Assembly (NCBI GenBank): GCA_964016885.1
Contig: OZ024751.1
Location: 14,012,001-14,076,000 of the forward strand
Source: Eledone cirrhosa
Lineage: Eukaryota
Reading direction: 5' to 3'
Length of the DNA stretch: 64,000 bases
Positions within the stretch are counted from its first letter, which is position 1, and every line of letters begins with the position of its first letter. The notes under the pieces were generated by a model. It saw nothing but the letters and a program-made list of their open reading frames with translations, was not told where the DNA came from and ran no database searches. The translations under genes and the position numbers were made by a program. Of the stretch, positions 57,241 to 64,000 are shown one piece after another.

Positions 57241-57639
57241 CATGGTAGCTGCCAACTCGTTTTCGAGTACGGCCACTACTTTATATCCATGTAGAACACC
57301 ACCTACCGGTGCGCTGAACGAGTGTGACTTTTTAGTCCAGCCATCGACTTCAAAACTCTGGTACAAACACTACACTTGTGACAATTATTGACACATAGTG
57401 CTGGGCCCATGGTACCATGTGACGACAAGTGCAGAGAGATCTCCAGATATAAAGCAATGCCTGTGCCGTGAAGCTTTTATAGTGAGCAAAGGCACTGCAC
57501 AAAGCCAGTCCCACTCTCTTAACCAAGATGATATTTACCAAAAAGAAGAACAAGTCAACATCATTGGATACCATCAGAGTTGCAGGTGTTATATCAGAGT
57601 TTTCTTTCTCCTAGAATTCCGCCTTGACAAAGGCTAAGG
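57241..57639 (-). mobile_element. RTE-derived short element, second copy
   Basis: Near-identical to 30751-31149 with the same 5' boundary and (ATGT)n tail. Confidence 0.75.
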
Positions 57640-57813
57640 GGTCATACATATATACATACATACACATAGATATATATATACATTTATATACACATATTAA
57701 ATATACATATATACATACACATATATATATATATACATATATACAGACACATATATATATATATATATGTGTATGTATATATGTATATATGTATATATAT
57801 ATATGTGTGTATT

Positions 57814-57946
57814 AACGTTGCTCCAGATGTTTGATGTAACGTTGCTCCAGATGTTTGATGTAACGTTGCTCCAGATGTTTGATGTAACGTTGCTCCAGAT
57901 GTTTGATGTAACGTTGCTCCGGATGACTGATGTGATGTCTGCTCCA
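57814..57946. repeat. Minisatellite, 24-bp unit AACGTTGCTCCAGATGTTTGATGT
   Basis: About 5 copies; related units at 57131-57167. Confidence 0.9.
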
Positions 57947-58284
57947 GGCGATTTATGTGGCGTTGCTGCTCTTTAAAGTATAAACCATTACTTTGGTCCT
58001 CCAGCCCAGGCTTTGGGGTTTATTTGGCGGACATTATAGATCTGTATAGGCCGTGAATTGACAGAGCCGTTGAATTTGTTCAGGCTTTCTGCTCTCTGAG
58101 TTCAAATCCCACCGAGGTCAACTTTCCCTTTCATACTTTTGAGGTCGATAAAAAGAGTACCAGTCTAGTACTATTTCTTGCCAGTTTACAGTAAAGATCC
58201 TTGAGGGATGAATACAGGGGAAAAGAGCCTAGGATCCTTGGGGGACAAATACAGGGGCAAAGAACCTGGGGACGGTAAAAAAGG

Positions 58285-58400
58285 AGATAGACAGATGATA
58301 TTAAGGGGTGGACAAGAAGGAGTTTAGCGGAATGGCAAGAGACAGGAAAAGATGGAGAGTGCTGACCCCGACCCTCAGATATGAGGGTGGGATGAACAGG
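58285..58400 (+). pseudogene. Possible RTE-clade ORF 3' end
   Basis: TDDIKGWT..MARDRKRWR resembles the A.DR..WR ending of RTE ORFs. Confidence 0.45.
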
Positions 58401-58415
58401 AAGTATACCCTAGAG

Positions 58416-58598
58416 CAAGCATGCCAAACATGCGGGCCTTTACAAGTACACCTGCGGCCCGCACAAAGGTTTCTACAGCGCGAGCATGTTTTATCTTCGT
58501 AATATAACATAAAAGAAAATTAGTTGTAGTGTGTGGCCCTCAGACAACACATATGTGACCCATGTGGCCCTCGGGAGACCCTGAAGTTGACATGCTTG
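58416..58598. mobile_element. hAT/Charlie-type MITE
   Basis: TIR CAAGCATGCCAA / TTGACATGCTTG; imperfect 8-bp TSD CCCTAGAG / CTCTAGAA. Confidence 0.8.
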
Positions 58599-58724
58599 CT
58601 CTAGAAAAATTTGATATTAAAGGGCCCTTGGCTTGTCGGAAGACTTCTATGTACACAGCCCCTCGTATTTTTTGCCGGATTACATTAAGGATATTCGAGA
58701 GAAATTAGCGGTTAAGACCTTCCA

Positions 58725-58906
58725 GGCAGTGTTGGATTTGCCATTGTGCTTAGGTGTGCTTAAGCACAGGGCCCAGTTGGCCAGGATTGGGGGGGGGGGC
58801 ATCTTCCTGCCTAAAAAAAACCTTCTACCCCCTTCGGGGCCCAAGTAAGGGGTCTCATAACTTAACTTAGAACAGCGCCTCATTTGTCCTATATCCAGCA
58901 CTGCCT
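58725..58906. mobile_element. MITE, TIR AGGCAGTG(T/C)TGGAT
   Basis: AGGCAGTGTTGGAT ... ATCCAGCACTGCCT. Confidence 0.65.
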
Positions 58907-59104
58907 CCATGTCTGTCTACACGTTTCACATCCGTACATTTGGCACAGACTACCCGGTCAACTCTGTGTTAACCTTTAAACAAAATATGCAAGGGTTTAG
59001 AGGAAGGCCTCGGGTAAAGAAGTAAAGAAGACCCCCATAGAGTTTATTTCCGTAGAGTATTTGGGTGTTTGTGTGGCGAGGATAGAAGATAGTATGTAGC
59101 GTGT

Positions 59105-59181
59105 CATACATATATATAAATACATACAAGTATGCTATACACATGAATATACTAATATAATATACTTATATGTATATACAT

Positions 59182-59255
<74 letters not shown>

Positions 59256-59459
59256 ATGTATATACATATAAGTATATTATATTAGTATATATATGTGTGT
59301 GTGTGTGTGTGTATGTATATACATATAAGTATATTATATTAGTATATTCATGTGTATAGCATACTTGTATGTATTTGTATATATGTATATATATGTATAT
59401 ATATATATATGTGTATATATGTATATATATGTATATATATGTATATATATATATGTGTA

Positions 59460-59490
<31 letters not shown>

Positions 59491-59503
59491 ATGTATGTGT
59501 GTG

Positions 59504-59540
<37 letters not shown>

Positions 59541-59554
59541 GGTTGTGTGGGCAG

Positions 59555-59627
<73 letters not shown>

Positions 59628-59763
59628 CGTGTATTTGTATGTATATGTGTGTATGTATGTGTGTGTATATGTATGTATATGTATGTGTGTATATATATAT
59701 ATATATGTGTGTGTGTGTATATATATATATATGTGTGTGTATGTGTATTTGTATATGTGTGTA

Positions 59764-59821
<58 letters not shown>

Positions 59822-59941
59822 TATATGTGTGTGTGTGTATGTGTGTATATATGTGTATATATATGTGTATATGTATGTGTCTGTGTATGTGTATGTGTGT
59901 ATGTATGTATATATGTGTGTATATATATATATATATGTGTG

Positions 59942-60012
<71 letters not shown>

Positions 60013-60141
60013 GTATATATATGTGTATATGTATATATGTGTATATATATATAGGTGCGTGAGAGAGAGAGTGTGTGTATATATACTTTGTGTGTGGGTG
60101 TGTGTATGTGTGTATGCGCGTGTGGGTGTATATATATATAT

Positions 60142-60199
<58 letters not shown>

Positions 60200-60307
60200 G
60201 TATATATGTGTGTGTATATATGCGTTATATGTCTGTATATATATGTGTATATTTATGTATAGGTCTGTGTATGTATGTGTATGTTTGTATATGTATGGAT
60301 ATATGTG

Positions 60308-60371
<64 letters not shown>

Positions 60372-60512
60372 TATGTGTGTATATGTGTGTGTGTATGGAT
60401 ATTTATACATATGTATACTCGTGTTTGTATGTATGCGTGTGAGTGTATTTATTTTGTGTATATATGTGTGTGTGTGTGTGTATGTATGTGTATGTGTGTG
60501 TGTATCTGTGTG

Positions 60513-60547
<35 letters not shown>

Positions 60548-60548
60548 A

Positions 60549-60604
<56 letters not shown>

Positions 60605-60760
60605 TGTATTATATATGTATGTATGTATGTATGTATGTGTGTATGTATGTGTGTGTACATGAATATATATTTATGTATATTTATATATTTTTATATATGT
60701 GTGTGTGTTTTTATGTGTGTATATGTGTTTGTGTGTGTGTTTATGGTTGCGCGTAAGTGT
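59105..60760. repeat. (TA)n/(TG)n field beginning with a palindrome (59110-59385)
   Basis: Direct inspection. Confidence 0.95.
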
Positions 60761-61276
60761 GTGATTGAGTATGTGTGTTTTTGTGTTTTTGTGTTTTTTT
60801 GTTTTTTTGTGAATGTGTCTGTTGATTTTTGGCATATAGTTGATTAGTTTAAGAGAAGTTCGAAGATAATAGTAAGATATGCACTCAGTATTTTGAATCT
60901 GTCTGCAGAATTCTCTAGACCTTTGTCACTTAGTAGAACCTTAATGACTTTAGCTTTTAAAGAATCTCCCTTTTCTTTAATTCTATCGACCATGACTGAC
61001 CCCCCCACTGATTTTATAGACATCTGTTAGCTTAAGAGAAACTTATTGACAAGGAATGGTATGCCATCCGGAACCTGTTTATAGAATTCTGTCTGCCTTT
61101 GTTACTCTAAAAACATAAATAAATATAAATAAAAATAAAAATAAACTATAGCTTTGTAGAATTAGCTTTTAATGAATTCCCTTTTCTATCAACCAATGAC
61201 CTGCACCCATCCCACTCCCCACCCTCTCCTACCACTTGTGGAGACCTATAAATACCATATTTATTTTTTGATACCC

Positions 61277-61327
61277 AGATTCCTGATGATTTCTAATGAA
61301 TGAAACAGTTCTAGTCCTGTAGAATCT
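61277..61327 (+). ncRNA. Type I hammerhead ribozyme motif, probably decayed
   Basis: Stem I AGATTC/GAATCT, CTGATGA, short stem II with U-U closing mismatch, GAAAC-AG..CT-GTA. Confidence 0.6.
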
Positions 61328-61409
61328 CATCTATATTAAAACTGTTATACTCTGCTATGTATTGAGTACCTTACTTACTGTGGTTACCTCCGATTCAACC
61401 CGGAATAAC

Positions 61410-61449
<40 letters not shown>

Positions 61450-61777
61450 AATGAATAATAACAGGTAGACATCATAAAAAGGTAATTTATTCCGTGTGCT
61501 TACACGTGTTTCCACGGTGGTACTGCAACCTAGTTATGCTACGTGCAAATTCACAAGTATTTGCAGAACTCGAATATCCAATGCTGTGATCACTGTTTCC
61601 TCAGCGCAGAATGGTAAAATGTACAATGTAAATACCCTTAAGTGGGGTTGTTGGGGAAGATAGAGTAGAAAAGGAAGAGAGAAAAGTAGGGAAGAGGGAG
61701 AGAGAAAGAAAGATATGCAGGGGTTGGACAAGTAGGAGAGAGTGGCTTGTAGATATCTTAATCAAAATGTTATATAC

Positions 61778-61870
<93 letters not shown>

Positions 61871-61923
61871 ATTTAAAACTTCACTATTCACAAGTGTTTT
61901 TTAACCTTCATATCATGTATCCC

Positions 61924-61994
61924 TATTTTATCTGATGAAAACGCAGATATCATCTCATGATGATATTTGTTTTTGAAATGCGCATAATAAAATA
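61924..61994 (+). ncRNA. Minimal type I hammerhead ribozyme motif
   Basis: Stem I TATTTTAT/ATAAAATA, CTGATGA, 16-bp stem II (loop TCAT), GAAA, palindromic stem III TGCGCA, AUA triplet. Confidence 0.82.
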
Positions 61995-62117
61995 CTTGGA
62001 ACTCTTTTAACCATCTTTTGATCTTATATTATTTATACTCCAGTCCTACAAACTGTAGAGTGCTACTTATCCGACATTTGCATTGATTTATTGTGCTACA
62101 ATAAACTCACCTCCTAC

Positions 62118-62202
<85 letters not shown>

Positions 62203-62711
62203 TAACGAAGGAGTTGTGGTAAGGAACCAGATGGACCATAACGCACCAGAGTACTCAATACTTAGGGTAGTAGAGTGGGTTATAGGAACAAGTATAACCC
62301 CGACGGCAGAGCTCAAGCCGTTTCGACGGGCTATTTCTGGACTGAAATAGCCGTCGAAACGGCTTGAGCTCTGCCGTCGGAGGAGGGGGGGGGGGGGTCA
62401 TACTTTTTCATATATATATATATACACACACATACACATATATAAGGTTTAGTACGACCACAACTCTTTCGTTCTTTCGTTCACACGATGCTTGTAAACA
62501 TGTCTTCGCAAAACAAAACAAAACAAAACAAAACAGAAGAGAAATACAAGGGCGCCGTTCTCACGCATTAAACTTAGAGAGAACTGTTTATTGGGCTTCA
62601 CAGGTCATCGAAAGAGCACAAGGCGAGTGTGAAGTAAGTATTGTATATAACACAATTGTCATTGAAACATTCATTTGTGTCAGGTGAAGGTGGATGCTGT
62701 TAATTCTAATA

Positions 62712-62737
62712 GACACACGCCGCAATATGAGTCACAT

Positions 62738-62829
<92 letters not shown>

Positions 62830-62870
62830 TATGAGTCACATACACACACACGCCGCGATATGTCACACAG

Positions 62871-62906
<36 letters not shown>

Positions 62907-62949
62907 GGTATGAGTCACATACACACACACGCCGCGATATGTCACACAG

Positions 62950-62983
<34 letters not shown>

Positions 62984-63570
62984 GGTATGAGTCACATACA
63001 CACACACGCCGCGATATGTCACACAGACACACACGCGCGCACACACACACACACACGGTATGAGTCACATACACACACACGCCGCGATATGTCACACAGA
63101 CACACACGCGCACACACACACGATATGAGTCACATACACACTGACGCCGCGATAAAAGTCACATACACACACACACACGCCGCGATATGTCACACACACA
63201 CACGCCGCGATATGTCACACACACACACGCCGCGATATGTCATATACACACACGCCGCGATATGAGTCACATACACACACGCCGGCCGCGATATGTCACA
63301 CACACAGACGATATAAGTCACACACACACACACAGACGATATAAGTCACACACACACACACAGACGATATAAGTCACACACACACACACACACACACGCC
63401 GCGATATGTCACACACACATGCCGCGATATGTCATACACACACACGCCGCGATGTCACACACACACACACACACACACGATATGAGTCGCACACGCACAC
63501 CCACGATATGAGTCACACACACACACACACACGATATGAGTCACACACACACACACACACACACGCGTCA
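62712..63570. repeat. Composite CA minisatellite with GCCGCGATATG and GGTATGAGTC motifs
   Basis: Fixed motifs separated by variable (CA)n. Confidence 0.92.
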
Positions 63571-64000
63571 CGTACATTTCTGAATCCATAGACTCTCGCT
63601 GGACGTCATTGCGATGACTCGTAGGGATTTCAGTTGCTAATGTTTTACTGTGTTGGCCGTCACATACAGTTATAGCCGACACGGATTGGGATCGAATTCT
63701 GTCGATCGATTGGTTATTGATTAGGCGAAACCCACTGATGAAACCACATGCGCCGATTGTGCATTATTGCATAATAAATGCAGACAGAGGGTGCAGTGCA
63801 CACTATTGCTGCATTAAGTGTGCCCGAAACACGAGTACGGGTAAAATTTGAAGGTACCCATTTACGTTTGTTGCATGGAAGCGAACAACTGTGTCTACTC
63901 TGGGAGTTTACTTAACATTACCTATTGAGTACGCTGAGATGCAACCGGTACTAGCAGTGAAATCCATGCTAGCTCGGTTAACTTATATATATATATAAGT

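Noticed and set aside
62604-62633. Plus-strand 30-nt microexon (CAG|GTCATC..GAA|GTAAGT)
   Set aside because: Weak pyrimidine tract and no partner exons; expected by chance
63730-63842. Fourth hammerhead (CTGATGA ... GAAACACGAGTA)
   Set aside because: Stem I has a mismatch next to the core and the base of stem II does not pair; at best a decayed relic

Overview
Repeat-saturated animal genomic DNA, most likely an octopus/coleoid cephalopod (inferred from the SINE types, the R4/Dong, Tx1, RTE, CRE and Penelope remnants and the very large (TA)n/(CA)n fields). I found no host gene I can recognise; nearly all listed long ORFs are translations of micro/minisatellites. Main content: (1) a 12.5-kb head-to-tail array of decayed Tx1/L1-group retrotransposons (11.4-23.9 kb, minus strand) whose ends all sit in (ATT)n; (2) many tRNA-derived SINEs with two alternative tails, one of which resembles the Tx1 3' end and also inserts at ATT; (3) three hammerhead-ribozyme motifs of the Penelope type plus perfect palindromes folded back at a hammerhead stem II; (4) a Helitron-in-Helitron-in-TIR nest; (5) MITEs, minisatellites, a 200-N gap and weak minus-strand exon candidates. 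All alignments were done by eye and coordinates may be off by a few bases.
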